Assembly: GCA_031364845.1 (NCBI GenBank) | Contig: JANLWX010000065.1 | Location: forward strand, 1 to 64,000 | Length of the DNA stretch: 64,000 nt | Direction: 5' to 3' | Source of the DNA: Candidatus Eiseniibacteriota bacterium | GTDB lineage: Bacteria; Eisenbacteria; RBG-16-71-46 | In this document: positions 41,355 through 51,036 of the stretch, one piece after another | Position numbering within the stretch: position 1 is the first letter of the stretch | Layout of the letters: every line of letters starts with the position of its first letter | The notes under the pieces: model-generated | The model's database searches: none | Told to the model about the DNA's origin: nothing | Seen by the model: only the letters and a program-made list of their open reading frames with translations | Made by a program: the position numbers and the translations under genes

Positions 41355-41859
41355 TCTCAACCCGCACGACCTCATCGATTGCCAGGTGTTCCTCGTCCAA
41401 GGCGCTGGGGAACACGAAGCCACCATTCTCGAAGCCATCGAAAACCGCCTTGAGAACGCGGCGATCGGTGACTGGACCCACTGGACGACTACCGATGTTC
41501 GCTTGGGTCGGTGGCCATTCGCGCGGCCGGTGAGGCACCTCATCGTTGGACACCGAAGCTTCGGGGATATCCACGTGCTCGTCGGGGCACGGGGCTATGG
41601 AACGAGCCTTGAGCTTTCATTGCTGAAGGCGATGACACCGAATCTGATCAAGCGTCGATTGGCCGCACTCATGACCGGGGGTGATGAGTCGGCGTGGTCG
41701 CGGCCGCGAGGGCTGGCTCAGGAGCGTGAGTTTCAATCATGGGTGTCGGTCGTGGAGCAGTGCGTTCAGTCGGCGGCAAAGGACCTGGCCAGAAAGCCTA
41801 GGAGCGCGACTCCGCCTTTCGCCGGCGGCATGTCCGACGGGGACGGTCAAGTTGTCTAG
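41344..41859 (+). CDS. Hypothetical protein
   Basis: GGAGG RBS; overlaps the relaxase stop. Confidence 0.65.
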   Translation: MLRSLNPHDLIDCQVFLVQGAGEHEATILEAIENRLENAAIGDWTHWTTTDVRLGRWPFARPVRHLIVGHRSFGDIHVLVGARGYGTSLELSLLKAMTPNLIKRRLAALMTGGDESAWSRPRGLAQEREFQSWVSVVEQCVQSAAKDLARKPRSATPPFAGGMSDGDGQVV

Positions 41860-41912
41860 TAGTGAAATCAAGAGTGGCCGGGTCGTCAGCTTACGATTAA
41901 CCAAGAACGACC

Positions 41913-42227
41913 GTGAAACACCTCGTTTGGAGAACGATCCTATGGACGCTGTTGCTGGTGCCAGTTGGCACTGGACGACTGCTGTGGCAAACGGCTCGGA
42001 CGATTGTGGGCTTCCGTCCGCAGACGCTGCTGATGTTCGTCGGGTTGGCGGTGGCTTTGAGTTTCCCGAATCCCGTGACCGCGCAGCTAGCTCAAGCCGA
42101 GGTCTGGCCCCCGGGGCAAATGATCTTGGTCAGGCTGCTGCCGGCACTTGGGGCGGGGGTGCTCTACCACGGACTGCGCTCGCCGATGCAGCGACGGCTC
42201 TGGCGGAGGTTACAACGCTCGAGTTGA
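41913..42227 (+). CDS. Small hydrophobic hypothetical protein
   Basis: Co-oriented ORF with TM-like segments. Confidence 0.45.
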   Translation: MKHLVWRTILWTLLLVPVGTGRLLWQTARTIVGFRPQTLLMFVGLAVALSFPNPVTAQLAQAEVWPPGQMILVRLLPALGAGVLYHGLRSPMQRRLWRRLQRSS

Positions 42228-42363
42228 GCCACCAGCAGAGTCCTTTGCGACAGGTAACGGGCGCAGATCCTCCGACGTCTCTCGATGCGGCGTCCGTGGT
42301 CCCTAACGGGGACTCGCGGGTTGACGCTTCCCGGCCAATTTCTCTTCGGCGCGGGTGTTGACC

Positions 42364-42576
42364 ATGCCTGCGCCTTCGCTCGTGCCCGCAGTTGAGCGGC
42401 TGCTGTGTGTCCGCGAACTGGCGGATTTGCTGCAGCTCCATCCGAAGACGGTCGAGCGCATGGCCCGCGCCGGTCGGCTGCCTAGCCTTCGCGTGTGTGG
42501 CCGCCTAAGATTTCGACCGAGCGACATCGCTTCGTGGTTGGCGGCTCGGGAGGACCGCACATGCCACGACTCATGA
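42364..42576 (+). CDS. Excisionase-like helix-turn-helix protein
   Basis: 'LLCVRELADLLQLHPKTVERMARAGRLPSLRV.GRLRFRPSDIASWL'. Confidence 0.85.
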   Translation: MPAPSLVPAVERLLCVRELADLLQLHPKTVERMARAGRLPSLRVCGRLRFRPSDIASWLAAREDRTCHDS

Positions 42577-43619
42577 AAGGCCTTCGCCAGCGCGGCCGGA
42601 GCTATTACTTCCGGATTCGCGATGGAGAAGGAGAACAAAGCATTCCCCTCGGTCGGGACTTTGATCGCGCCATGACGCGCGCATTGGGGATCCGCCGCCG
42701 TCTGAAAGCCGGCCTACCGCCCACGGAAGAACGGTTGGCCACCTTCACCCTGCGAGACGCCGTGGAGCGTTGGTTGGAAGATCACGTGCGGCATGCCCGC
42801 CATGGAGCGTTTGCGGACAACACGCGTTCGCGCTGCGAACGGGTGCTGCTGCCGTTCATGGGGGGTGTCCAGATCGAGGATGTCACCGCCAGCAGGCTGT
42901 ATGCCTACCGCAACCACTTGGTTGTGCTGCGCAGCCGGCGCGGTGGCCCGCTATCGGCCGCGACAGTGCGGATGTTTCTCGGTGACGTGCGAGCGGTGCT
43001 GAATCACGCCCTGACACTGCAAGTGCTGGATCGCTCACCGATCCCGCGCAAGTGGCTGCCACGGCTACCGGAGCAAGCTCCTGATGTGCTGTCCCGAGAT
43101 GAACAGGCGGTGCTGCGAAATTTGCCTGATGACTTCGGGCGGACCTTGCGGCTGCTGCTCGGCACGGGCATCCGCTGGGGCGAACTCGACCGCGCTCAAG
43201 CAAGAGACATCCAGGCCGGCAAGCTCGTCATCAAGCGCAGCAAATCTGGGAAGATTCGCCGCGTGCCACTCCCGGCTGATGTGCTGCACGAGTGTCGCGG
43301 GCGCGTGGGCCAGCTATCGCCGTTTCGCGATGCCTGCCAATTCAACAAGAGCGTGCGGAAGCTGTCGGGGATTGTTCGGTTCCACTCGCACCTGTGTCGG
43401 CACACCTTCGCGACCGAATGGCGAGAGGCCGGGGGATCACTCGCAGCTCTCCAAGCGATCCTTGGTCACGGGAGCATCGCGGTGACAGAACGCTACGGCA
43501 CGATCGGCGATGACTTGGTGGATCGCGAGGCGCAGCGGGTCGCCGAGTACCGCGTTTCGAGGTCGGCCCCGTGCAAACGGGACAGAAAACGGGACAGGTC
43601 ACCGTTGTCCGTGAGCTAA
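42561..43619 (+). CDS. Tyrosine integrase
   Basis: GGAGG RBS; arm-binding N-terminus, 'TGIRWGEL', 'KSGK.R.VPL', 'HLCRHTFAT', 'LGHGSIAVTERY'. Confidence 0.92.
   Translation: MPRLMKGLRQRGRSYYFRIRDGEGEQSIPLGRDFDRAMTRALGIRRRLKAGLPPTEERLATFTLRDAVERWLEDHVRHARHGAFADNTRSRCERVLLPFMGGVQIEDVTASRLYAYRNHLVVLRSRRGGPLSAATVRMFLGDVRAVLNHALTLQVLDRSPIPRKWLPRLPEQAPDVLSRDEQAVLRNLPDDFGRTLRLLLGTGIRWGELDRAQARDIQAGKLVIKRSKSGKIRRVPLPADVLHECRGRVGQLSPFRDACQFNKSVRKLSGIVRFHSHLCRHTFATEWREAGGSLAALQAILGHGSIAVTERYGTIGDDLVDREAQRVAEYRVSRSAPCKRDRKRDRSPLSVS
43575..43597 (+). repeat. Tandem 11-bp direct repeat AAACGGGACAG (candidate integrase arm-type sites)
   Basis: Copies at 43575-43585 and 43587-43597, 25 nt from the tRNA 3' end. 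Confidence 0.5.
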
Positions 43620-43621
43620 GT

Positions 43622-43697
<76 letters not shown>

Positions 43698-43939
43698 ACA
43701 TTTCCGGTTCGCGTGCGGAACGCGAAAAGCGCCGCGTAATTTACGGTCGAAACGACGCTCGCGTCAAGCTGGATTCGGATTCTCGTCGATTCCGTGGACC
43801 CGGGCACTGACCGCGGTAAGCGGATGTCGCGCTCCCCGCGGAGGGACCGAGTGTACTGCCGCGCAACCAGGCGGGGGATTACGGTACCTTCTCCGTGCCG
43901 AGCTCGAACCGCAGCACTCCATCCACCCGAGACCGCAGC

Positions 43940-45178
43940 ATGGTTGCTCAATCCACCGACGAATGGACCGCCACCGAACTCTTCGAACGCCTGATGGCGC
44001 GCGAGAGCTTTATGCTGCTCGACGTGCGTGCGGGGGATGAGTTCGAGGAGTGGCGCATCGAGGGCCGCGAGCCGCTGGCGACGCGCAGCGCGCCGTACTT
44101 CGAGTTGATCGAGCGCGCCGAGAGCGACGATCCCAAACAATGCGCCACTGCGCTCATCGCCATGCCGGATGCGGTGCCGCTGCCTAAGGACGTGCCGATC
44201 CTGGTCGCGTGCGCCAAGGGTGGATCCTCTGCGTTCATCGCGGACGGCCTGCGCCAGCTCGGGTACCGCGCGGTCAACCTCGCGGGAGGAATGGAGGCGT
44301 GGTCGCACACGACGTTCGCGATGCCGGTTGTGCGTGGGGCGCGGCGTACGGGTGACATGGCTGTGGGCGCAAGCGAAGCATCCTCGACGATCTTTCAAGT
44401 CGGCCGCCCATCGCGCGGATGCCTCAGCTACGTCATCGTCTCGGCGGGCGAGGCCGCGATCATCGATCCCCTGCGTGATCCCGAGCCGTACCTCGCGCTG
44501 CTGGATCGCGAGTCGTTGCGCGCGGCGTTCGTGCTCGACACGCACGCGCACGCCGACCACGTGAGCGGCGGGCCCGCGCTCGCGAAACGGCTGGACGTTC
44601 CGTACTGGCTTCACCCGTACGACGCGATCCACCCTATGGACCTGGTGCCGGGGAGCGTCGCCTACGAGCCGCTGCGCGATGATCAGACATTGAAGCTGGG
44701 TCAGGCGACGATCGAAGTGCTCCACATCCCGGGACACACGCTCGGTAATGTGGCGCTGCGCATCGGCGGGTCGTTGCTGTCGGGCGATAGCATCTTCATC
44801 GACTCGGTCGCGCGCCCCGATCTCGGGGGACGCGGCGAAGCGTGGGCAAGGCTCCACTGGCGATCGTTGCGCCGGTTGCTCACGCTCGCAGACGATGTCA
44901 CGGTGCTGCCGGGACACGTGAGCACGCTCGCCGAGGCAGACTCCGAAGAGCGGTTCGCTGCGCGACTCGGCGACTTGCGCCGGTCGAACGAAGGCCTGCG
45001 GGAAGCGCAGAAGAGCGAGGACGAGTTCGTCGCCTGGATCATGAGCCACGCGGCGGAGATTCCACTGCGCTACATCGACATCAAACGCGTGAACCTCGGG
45101 CTCAAGCAGGTCGACGACGATGGCGCCGCGGAACTCGAGATCGGCAAGAACGTCTGCGCGATGGCGAACGCCCGATGA
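43940..45178 (+). CDS. Rhodanese + MBL-fold metallo-hydrolase (persulfide dioxygenase-like)
   Basis: 'LLDVR', 'CAKGGSS', 'DTHAHADH', 'PGHT', 'GDSIF', 'LPGH'. Confidence 0.88.
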   Translation: MVAQSTDEWTATELFERLMARESFMLLDVRAGDEFEEWRIEGREPLATRSAPYFELIERAESDDPKQCATALIAMPDAVPLPKDVPILVACAKGGSSAFIADGLRQLGYRAVNLAGGMEAWSHTTFAMPVVRGARRTGDMAVGASEASSTIFQVGRPSRGCLSYVIVSAGEAAIIDPLRDPEPYLALLDRESLRAAFVLDTHAHADHVSGGPALAKRLDVPYWLHPYDAIHPMDLVPGSVAYEPLRDDQTLKLGQATIEVLHIPGHTLGNVALRIGGSLLSGDSIFIDSVARPDLGGRGEAWARLHWRSLRRLLTLADDVTVLPGHVSTLAEADSEERFAARLGDLRRSNEGLREAQKSEDEFVAWIMSHAAEIPLRYIDIKRVNLGLKQVDDDGAAELEIGKNVCAMANAR

Positions 45179-45230
45179 GGCACCGCGATGGGACAGGCGC
45201 TGTGCGTGGCGCAGTGGCGAGGAGGAACGC

Positions 45231-45479
45231 ATGACCCACTTTGATCGCACTCTCGATGCGCGCGGGCTCAACTGCCCGATGCCGATCATCAAGGCTCGCC
45301 AGGAGCTGGGCATGATCGAGCCAGGACAGGTGCTGCAGATCCTGAGCACCGACCGCGGGTCGGTGAAGGATTTCCAGGGCTGGGCCAAGACCGCGAAGAA
45401 TGTCGAACTGGTCGCACAGGAAGACGCGCAGCAGGACGGCAAGGCCGTCTACGTGCACTACGTGAAGCGCGTGAGTTGA
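45231..45479 (+). CDS. tusA: TusA-family sulfur carrier
   Basis: 'LDARGLNCPMP', 'TDRGSVKDF'. Confidence 0.9.
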   Translation: MTHFDRTLDARGLNCPMPIIKARQELGMIEPGQVLQILSTDRGSVKDFQGWAKTAKNVELVAQEDAQQDGKAVYVHYVKRVS

Positions 45480-45490
45480 AGGGGAGGCAC

Positions 45491-46063
45491 ATGACGACGA
45501 CCGCAGCAGGCACCACCCCGGCCTCCACCGCGAGTGTCGAGGAACGAATCGCCGCACTCGAGCGCAGACTCGCCGAGGCGGAAGAGCGGCTCCCCGAGGA
45601 TCGCGTGACGATCGTCGTGTTCTCGGGCGACCTCGACAAGGTCATCGCCGCGCATGTGATCGCGACGGGTGCCGTCGCGATGGGGCAGCAGGTGAGCATG
45701 TTCTTCACGTTCTGGGGCCTGAACGCGCTGCGCACCGGCAAGACACTCGAGGGCAAGCACCTGTTCGAGAAGATGATGGCGGTGATGTCGCCCGGCGGAT
45801 CGACTTCGCTGCCGGTCTCCAAGATGAACTACTTCGGAGCCGGGGCGATCATGCTGCGCGAAATGATGAAGAACAAGAATGTCGCTTCGCTCGAGGACAT
45901 GATGCAGATGGCGCGCGATATGGGGGTGCGCGTGATCGCGTGCGAGATGTCGCGCGATGTGATGGGGATCACGGATGCCGAACTCGCCTCCGGAATCGAG
46001 TGTGGGGGCGCGGCGTCGATGCTGGCCGACGCGCTGAAGAGCCGGGCGACGCTGTTCATCTAG
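45491..46063 (+). CDS. DsrE2-like sulfur relay protein
   Basis: 'IVVFSGDLDK', 'MFFTFWGL', 'ACEMSRDVMG'. Confidence 0.88.
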   Translation: MTTTAAGTTPASTASVEERIAALERRLAEAEERLPEDRVTIVVFSGDLDKVIAAHVIATGAVAMGQQVSMFFTFWGLNALRTGKTLEGKHLFEKMMAVMSPGGSTSLPVSKMNYFGAGAIMLREMMKNKNVASLEDMMQMARDMGVRVIACEMSRDVMGITDAELASGIECGGAASMLADALKSRATLFI

Positions 46064-46165
46064 GCCGCGATGTCTGCGGGACCACCGGCCGTGCTATCTT
46101 CGCCTCCCTGTGCATCTGGTGGCGCGCGGCCCATGCCGCGCGTGCAATCCCCCATGAGGAGTGCC

Positions 46166-46570
46166 ATGGACGTGGGACTCCCGGAACGGCGGTCGTCATC
46201 TTTTCTGCGCTACTGGCTTCCGGCTCTGATCTATGTGGCGGTGATCTTCACGCTCAGCGCCCAGCCGGGGCTGCGGGCGCCGCTCGAGTTCAACAACTCG
46301 GACAAGTTCTACCACCTGCTCGAGTACATGGGGCTGGGCGTGCTGATCGCGCGCGTGCTGGCGCACGTGATGCCGGCGCCGCGGCCGGTGCCCGCCGCGT
46401 TGCTCGCGATCGCGATCGGTGCGCTGATCGCGACCTGCGACGAGTTCTTCCAGTCCACGGTGCCCAATCGCCAGTCGAGCGTCTACGACGCGCTCGCGGA
46501 CACGCTCGGGTTGGCACTGGGGCAGCTGCTCTACTGGCGCTGGCGCGCGCGCCGCGCGCGGCCGGAGTGA
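46166..46570 (+). CDS. VanZ-family membrane protein
   Basis: 'DKFYHLLEY', 'DEFFQSTVPNR...D.LAD'. Confidence 0.8.
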   Translation: MDVGLPERRSSSFLRYWLPALIYVAVIFTLSAQPGLRAPLEFNNSDKFYHLLEYMGLGVLIARVLAHVMPAPRPVPAALLAIAIGALIATCDEFFQSTVPNRQSSVYDALADTLGLALGQLLYWRWRARRARPE

Positions 46571-46574
46571 CGCG

Positions 46575-47921
46575 ATGAAGCATCAGGCGCCGCGCGGCAC
46601 GCGCGATCTGCTGCCGGGCGACATCGAGCGCTGGCAATGGGCCGAGGCCCAGGCGCGCGGTGTGCTCGATCGCTACGGATACCGCGAGATCCGTACGCCG
46701 ATCTTCGAGGACTACGAGTTGTTCGCGCGCACGAGCGGCGAGTCTAGCGACGTGGTCCAGAAGGAGATGTACCGGTTCAAGGATCTCGGCGACCGCGATC
46801 TCGCGCTGCGTCCCGAGGGTACGGCGGGCGTGTGCCGGGCGTATCTCGAGCACGGCCTGGGCGGCCGCTCGCGCATTCATCGGCTCTGGTACATGGGCCC
46901 GATGTTCCGTTACGGGCGTCCGCAGAAGGGGCGCTATCGCCAGTTCTGGCAGATCGGCGCCGAGGTGATCGGCACGCCGGCGCCTGCGGCGGACGTCGAG
47001 ATGATCGCGCTGTTCGTGGATCTGTTCGAGGCGTGGGGCTTCAAGGATCTCGTGGTCGCGGTGAACAGCGTGGGAACGCCCGAGACGCGGCGCGCGTACG
47101 GCGACGCACTGCGCGCGTGGCTCGCTCCGGTGCGCGAGCGGCTGAGCGCGGACTCGCAGGCGCGGCTCGAGACGAATCCGATGCGCGTGCTGGACTCGAA
47201 GAGTCCGGGGGATCTGGCACTGCTGCGCGGTGAGTGGAATGCGGAGGCCGGCGCGGTCGCGGCATCGAACGCGACGCCTTCAGGCCCGCTCCCGCGCATG
47301 CTCGATGTGCTCGACGAGGAATCACGCGCGCACTTCGCCGCGGTACTCGAAGGGCTCGACGGATTCGGCATCACGCACGAAACCGATCATGGACTGGTGC
47401 GCGGGCTCGACTACTACACGCGCACGGCGTTCGAAGTGCACGATCGCTCGCTCGGCGCGCAGAGCGCGCTCGGCGGCGGCGGGCGCTACGACGGTTTGAT
47501 CGAAGCGCTCGGCGGCCCTCCGACGCCCGGTGTGGGGTTCTCGATCGGCCTCGATCGCACGATGCTTGCGCTCGATGAGCGCGGGGTCGCGGCGCCCGCG
47601 GCCGCCGACGGTGTGTTCGTAGTCACGATGGACACGACGCGGCAGGCGGCACTCGGCATGATCCGCGACCTGCGTCGCGAGTTCACGGTGACGACCGATC
47701 TCGACGGCAAGGGTTTCAACGCGCAGATGAAGTCCGCGGGCAAGAGCGGCGCACGGTTGCTCGTGATCTGCGGCGATGACGAATGGCAACGCGGCGAAGT
47801 CGTGGTGAAGAACCTGGGTGACGGGAGCCAGACGACGGCGACGGTTGCGGGACTTCACGACGTGCTGCGCGCTCGCCTCATGGAACCGGCCGCTGCAACG
47901 GCGACGCAAGGAGAGAAGTAA
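46575..47921 (+). CDS. hisS: Histidine--tRNA ligase
   Basis: 'PRGTRDLLP', 'LRPEGTA', 'RPQKGRYRQF', 'LVRGLDYYT', 'GGGRYDGL'. Confidence 0.97.
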   Translation: MKHQAPRGTRDLLPGDIERWQWAEAQARGVLDRYGYREIRTPIFEDYELFARTSGESSDVVQKEMYRFKDLGDRDLALRPEGTAGVCRAYLEHGLGGRSRIHRLWYMGPMFRYGRPQKGRYRQFWQIGAEVIGTPAPAADVEMIALFVDLFEAWGFKDLVVAVNSVGTPETRRAYGDALRAWLAPVRERLSADSQARLETNPMRVLDSKSPGDLALLRGEWNAEAGAVAASNATPSGPLPRMLDVLDEESRAHFAAVLEGLDGFGITHETDHGLVRGLDYYTRTAFEVHDRSLGAQSALGGGGRYDGLIEALGGPPTPGVGFSIGLDRTMLALDERGVAAPAAADGVFVVTMDTTRQAALGMIRDLRREFTVTTDLDGKGFNAQMKSAGKSGARLLVICGDDEWQRGEVVVKNLGDGSQTTATVAGLHDVLRARLMEPAAATATQGEK

Positions 47922-48154
47922 TGGCGTTCACTATCACGATCGTCGACGACTCCGGCCGCGGTATCGAAGGTCTGCGCGTGACGCTGCGGTTCGTCGAGCC
48001 GCTGCGCGGCGATCCGCCGACCGAGTACACCGACGAGAACGGTCGTGCGGAATTCGAAGGCTTTGATGAGGGCGAAGTTCAGGTGTTCGTCGACGGCGTC
48101 GACTGCGGCGTCTACAACTACGACGACGGCGAGACCGTGACGATCACGCGATAA
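47921..48154 (+). CDS. Small acidic beta-sandwich hypothetical protein
   Basis: TAATG coupling to hisS; 'ITIVDDSG..IEG..V...TDENG.AEF'. Confidence 0.65.
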   Translation: MAFTITIVDDSGRGIEGLRVTLRFVEPLRGDPPTEYTDENGRAEFEGFDEGEVQVFVDGVDCGVYNYDDGETVTITR

Positions 48155-48218
48155 TGAAGGATGGCGCGGACCGGCACACGCCGCACGCTGCCGTATACGG
48201 AAACGGAAAACGAATCCC

Positions 48219-50030
48219 ATGACCGACACGACCACGACCAAGGATCTGAAGCTCGAAGGCATCGGCGACTGGCGCCGCTCGCATACGTGCGGTGAGTTGC
48301 GTGCAGCCCAAGCGGGCTCGCACGCGACGCTGATGGGCTGGGTGCATCGCAGCCGCGACCACGGCGGTGTGCTGTTCATCGATCTGCGGGATCGCTATGG
48401 CATCACGCAGGTGGTCTTCCGCCCCGAGACGAGCGGTGCGGAGTTGCTCGCGCGCGCCGAACAGCTCGGCAGCGAATGGGTGATCGCGGTGCGCGGTGAT
48501 GTCACCCGCCGCCCGGCCGATGCACTCAACACCGAGCTTCCGACCGGGGAGGTCGAGCTCGAAGTGAAAGCGCTCAAGGTGCTCTCGGCCTCCGATCCGC
48601 TGCCGTTTCAGGTCAACGACGAGACGAACCTCGCCAACGAGGATCTGCGGTTGCGCTATCGCTATCTGGATCTGCGGCGTCCCGAACTCGCGGCGGTGTT
48701 CGCGCTGCGTCATCGCGCGGCGATGTCTGCCCGCAACTACCTTTCGAGTCAGAACTTTCTCGAGATCGAAACTCCGCTGCTCGTGAAGCCGACGCCCGAA
48801 GGCGCGCGCGACTACATCGTCCCGAGCCGCATTCATCACGGCAAATTCTACGCGCTGCCGCAGAGCCCGCAGCTCTACAAGCAGACGCTGATGATCGCGG
48901 GCTGCGATCGCTACTTCCAGCTCGCGCGCTGCCTGCGCGACGAGGACCTGCGCGCCGATCGCCAGCCGGAGCACACGCAGATCGACATCGAGATGAGCTT
49001 CGTCACCGAGGACGACGTGTTCGATGCGGTTGAAGGCCTGTACGTGGCACTGTGGCGCGAGTGTCTCGGTGTCACGCTTCAGACGCCGTTTCCGCGCATG
49101 ACGTTCCGCGAGTCGATGAGCCGCTACGGCTCCGACAAGCCCGACGTGCGGTTCGGCCTCGAGTTCGTGGACGTGACCGACATTTCGGCGCGCTCGCCGC
49201 GCAACGTGATCGCGAACGGCGCCAAGGCCGCGGGCGGAACCGCCGCTGCGATGGTGATTCCGGGCGGGGCCGAAATCTCGGGCACCCAGCTGCGCAAGTT
49301 CGAGGACATCGTGAAGTCGGCGGGAGCGGGCGGGCTCACGTTCTTCAAAGTCCAGGACGCGGATCGCGAGAAGCAGCAGGTGATCTTCCCGGGCGAGTTT
49401 CTCGACGAATTCTACGCGCGCGTCCAGGCGAAACCGGGCGATGCGGTCGTGTTCACGAATGGGCCGTGGGAGCAGACGTTGAAGGCGCTCGGCGTCCTGC
49501 GTTCGCATCTGGGCAAGGATCTCGTGAAGGGTCGCGAGAACGAGTGGGCGTTCCTGTGGGTGCGCGAGTTCCCGATGTTCGAGTACGACCCCGATCGCAA
49601 GAGCTGGGTTGCGCGGCACCACATGTTCACGATGCCGAACGCCGAGCATCTCGACATGCTCGAGAGCGATCCCGGCAACGTGTACGCGCAGCTCTACGAT
49701 CTGGTGCTCAACGGCAACGAGCTGGGTTCGGGCTCGATCCGCATCCATCGCCCCGAGATCCAGGAGCGCGTGCTCCAAGTGTGCGGCTTCACGAAGGAGC
49801 AGGCGTACGAGAAGTTCGGATTCCTGATGGATGCGTACCGCTTCGCTTCGCCGCCGCACGGTGGCATCGGGATGGGCTTCGACCGGATCGTCATGCTGAT
49901 GGCGGGCCGCGACAACATTCGCGACACGATCGCGTTCCCGAAGAGCGCGAGCGCCGCATGCCTGATGGACGGGAGCCCGGACGTGGTCGATGGCCCGTCG
50001 CTGAAGGAGCTGGGAATCCGGCTCGAGTGA
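48219..50030 (+). CDS. aspS: Aspartate--tRNA ligase
   Basis: 'RSHTCGELR', 'RDHGGV.FIDLRD', 'TPEGARDY', 'ALPQSPQ', 'RDEDLRADRQPE', 'PPHGG'. Confidence 0.97.
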   Translation: MTDTTTTKDLKLEGIGDWRRSHTCGELRAAQAGSHATLMGWVHRSRDHGGVLFIDLRDRYGITQVVFRPETSGAELLARAEQLGSEWVIAVRGDVTRRPADALNTELPTGEVELEVKALKVLSASDPLPFQVNDETNLANEDLRLRYRYLDLRRPELAAVFALRHRAAMSARNYLSSQNFLEIETPLLVKPTPEGARDYIVPSRIHHGKFYALPQSPQLYKQTLMIAGCDRYFQLARCLRDEDLRADRQPEHTQIDIEMSFVTEDDVFDAVEGLYVALWRECLGVTLQTPFPRMTFRESMSRYGSDKPDVRFGLEFVDVTDISARSPRNVIANGAKAAGGTAAAMVIPGGAEISGTQLRKFEDIVKSAGAGGLTFFKVQDADREKQQVIFPGEFLDEFYARVQAKPGDAVVFTNGPWEQTLKALGVLRSHLGKDLVKGRENEWAFLWVREFPMFEYDPDRKSWVARHHMFTMPNAEHLDMLESDPGNVYAQLYDLVLNGNELGSGSIRIHRPEIQERVLQVCGFTKEQAYEKFGFLMDAYRFASPPHGGIGMGFDRIVMLMAGRDNIRDTIAFPKSASAACLMDGSPDVVDGPSLKELGIRLE

Positions 50031-50056
50031 GCGGCCCGGCGCGAACCGCCATCGGC

Positions 50057-50716
50057 ATGCGCGCGGCCGCGATCCTGTGGCTGTCGTCCGTCCAGTTCTT
50101 CATCATGCAGCCGATCGTCCAGTCCGCATGGACGACGCCGTTCAGCCTCACGCAGAACTTCATCAGCGATCTCGGCAACACCGCGTGCGCGCCGTATCCG
50201 CTCGGGTCCGCCAGCTACGTGTGTTCGCCGTGGCACCTGGGGATGAACACGTCGTTCGTCCTGCTCGGGATCACGATTCTGATGGGCGTTGTGCGCGCGC
50301 GCGCGGCGTTCCGGCCGGGCTTCCTGCGTGAGATCGCGCTCCTGCTGCTCGCGCTGGCCGGCCCGGGATACGTCGCGGTCGGCCTCTATCCCGAGAACGT
50401 CGACATCACGCCGCACAAGATCGGCGCCGGGTTCGTGTTCGTGAGCGGCAATCTCGGGCTCGCGCTGCTCGGTTTTGCGATCCAGCAGACGTTCCAGCGC
50501 ACGCGGCTCGCTACCTCGCTCGCAGTCCTCGGAGTTGCCGGATTCATCGCCACCGTTCTGCTCGTGACGGGCCGATACATGGGTATCGGCATCGGAGGCA
50601 TCGAGCGGGTCGCCGCCTACCCGTTGCCGGTCGGACTGATCATGGCCGGGTACTTTCTCTGGCGCCGCGGCCACGTCACGGCCACACATCCATCGACACC
50701 ACGGAGATCCGGATGA
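50057..50716 (+). CDS. DUF998-like membrane protein
   Basis: 'NFISDLG', 'CSPWH..MN..F', 'GGIER...YP'. Confidence 0.75.
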   Translation: MRAAAILWLSSVQFFIMQPIVQSAWTTPFSLTQNFISDLGNTACAPYPLGSASYVCSPWHLGMNTSFVLLGITILMGVVRARAAFRPGFLREIALLLLALAGPGYVAVGLYPENVDITPHKIGAGFVFVSGNLGLALLGFAIQQTFQRTRLATSLAVLGVAGFIATVLLVTGRYMGIGIGGIERVAAYPLPVGLIMAGYFLWRRGHVTATHPSTPRRSG

Positions 50717-51009
50717 CCGAGTGGATCGGATTCATCGCCGCCGCGTGCACGACGTTCGCCTTCGTTCCGCAGGCTGTCCGCGTGTGGCGGACGCATTCGG
50801 TGGAGGACATCTCGCTCGCGATGTACTTGATTCTGGTGACCGGGATCGCGATGTGGATCGCTTACGGCATCCGGATCAACTCGACGCCGGTGACGGTGGC
50901 GAACATCGTCACGCTCGTGCTCGCGAGTGCGGTGCTCGTAGGGAAGCTCAAGTTCATGAACGAGAACCGCGGGAGCGCCAGCGCCGGGAACCGGCGCGTC
51001 GGAACGTAA
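50713..51009 (+). CDS. SemiSWEET / PQ-loop transporter
   Basis: 'TTFAFVPQ', 'DISL.MY', 'W..YG', 'P...AN'. Confidence 0.88.
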   Translation: MTEWIGFIAAACTTFAFVPQAVRVWRTHSVEDISLAMYLILVTGIAMWIAYGIRINSTPVTVANIVTLVLASAVLVGKLKFMNENRGSASAGNRRVGT

Positions 51010-51036
51010 GGTCCCTCGACGCGCCGTTCTCCGCGC

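Larger units (their letters stand above)
36128..43621 (+). mobile_element. Integration/mobilisation module of an integrative element inserted at tRNA-Lys; cargo extends leftwards
   Basis: Co-oriented coupling-ATPase, replication-relaxation, xis-like and integrase genes ending 3 nt from the tRNA 3' end; abrupt codon/GC shift at the tRNA. Confidence 0.8.
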
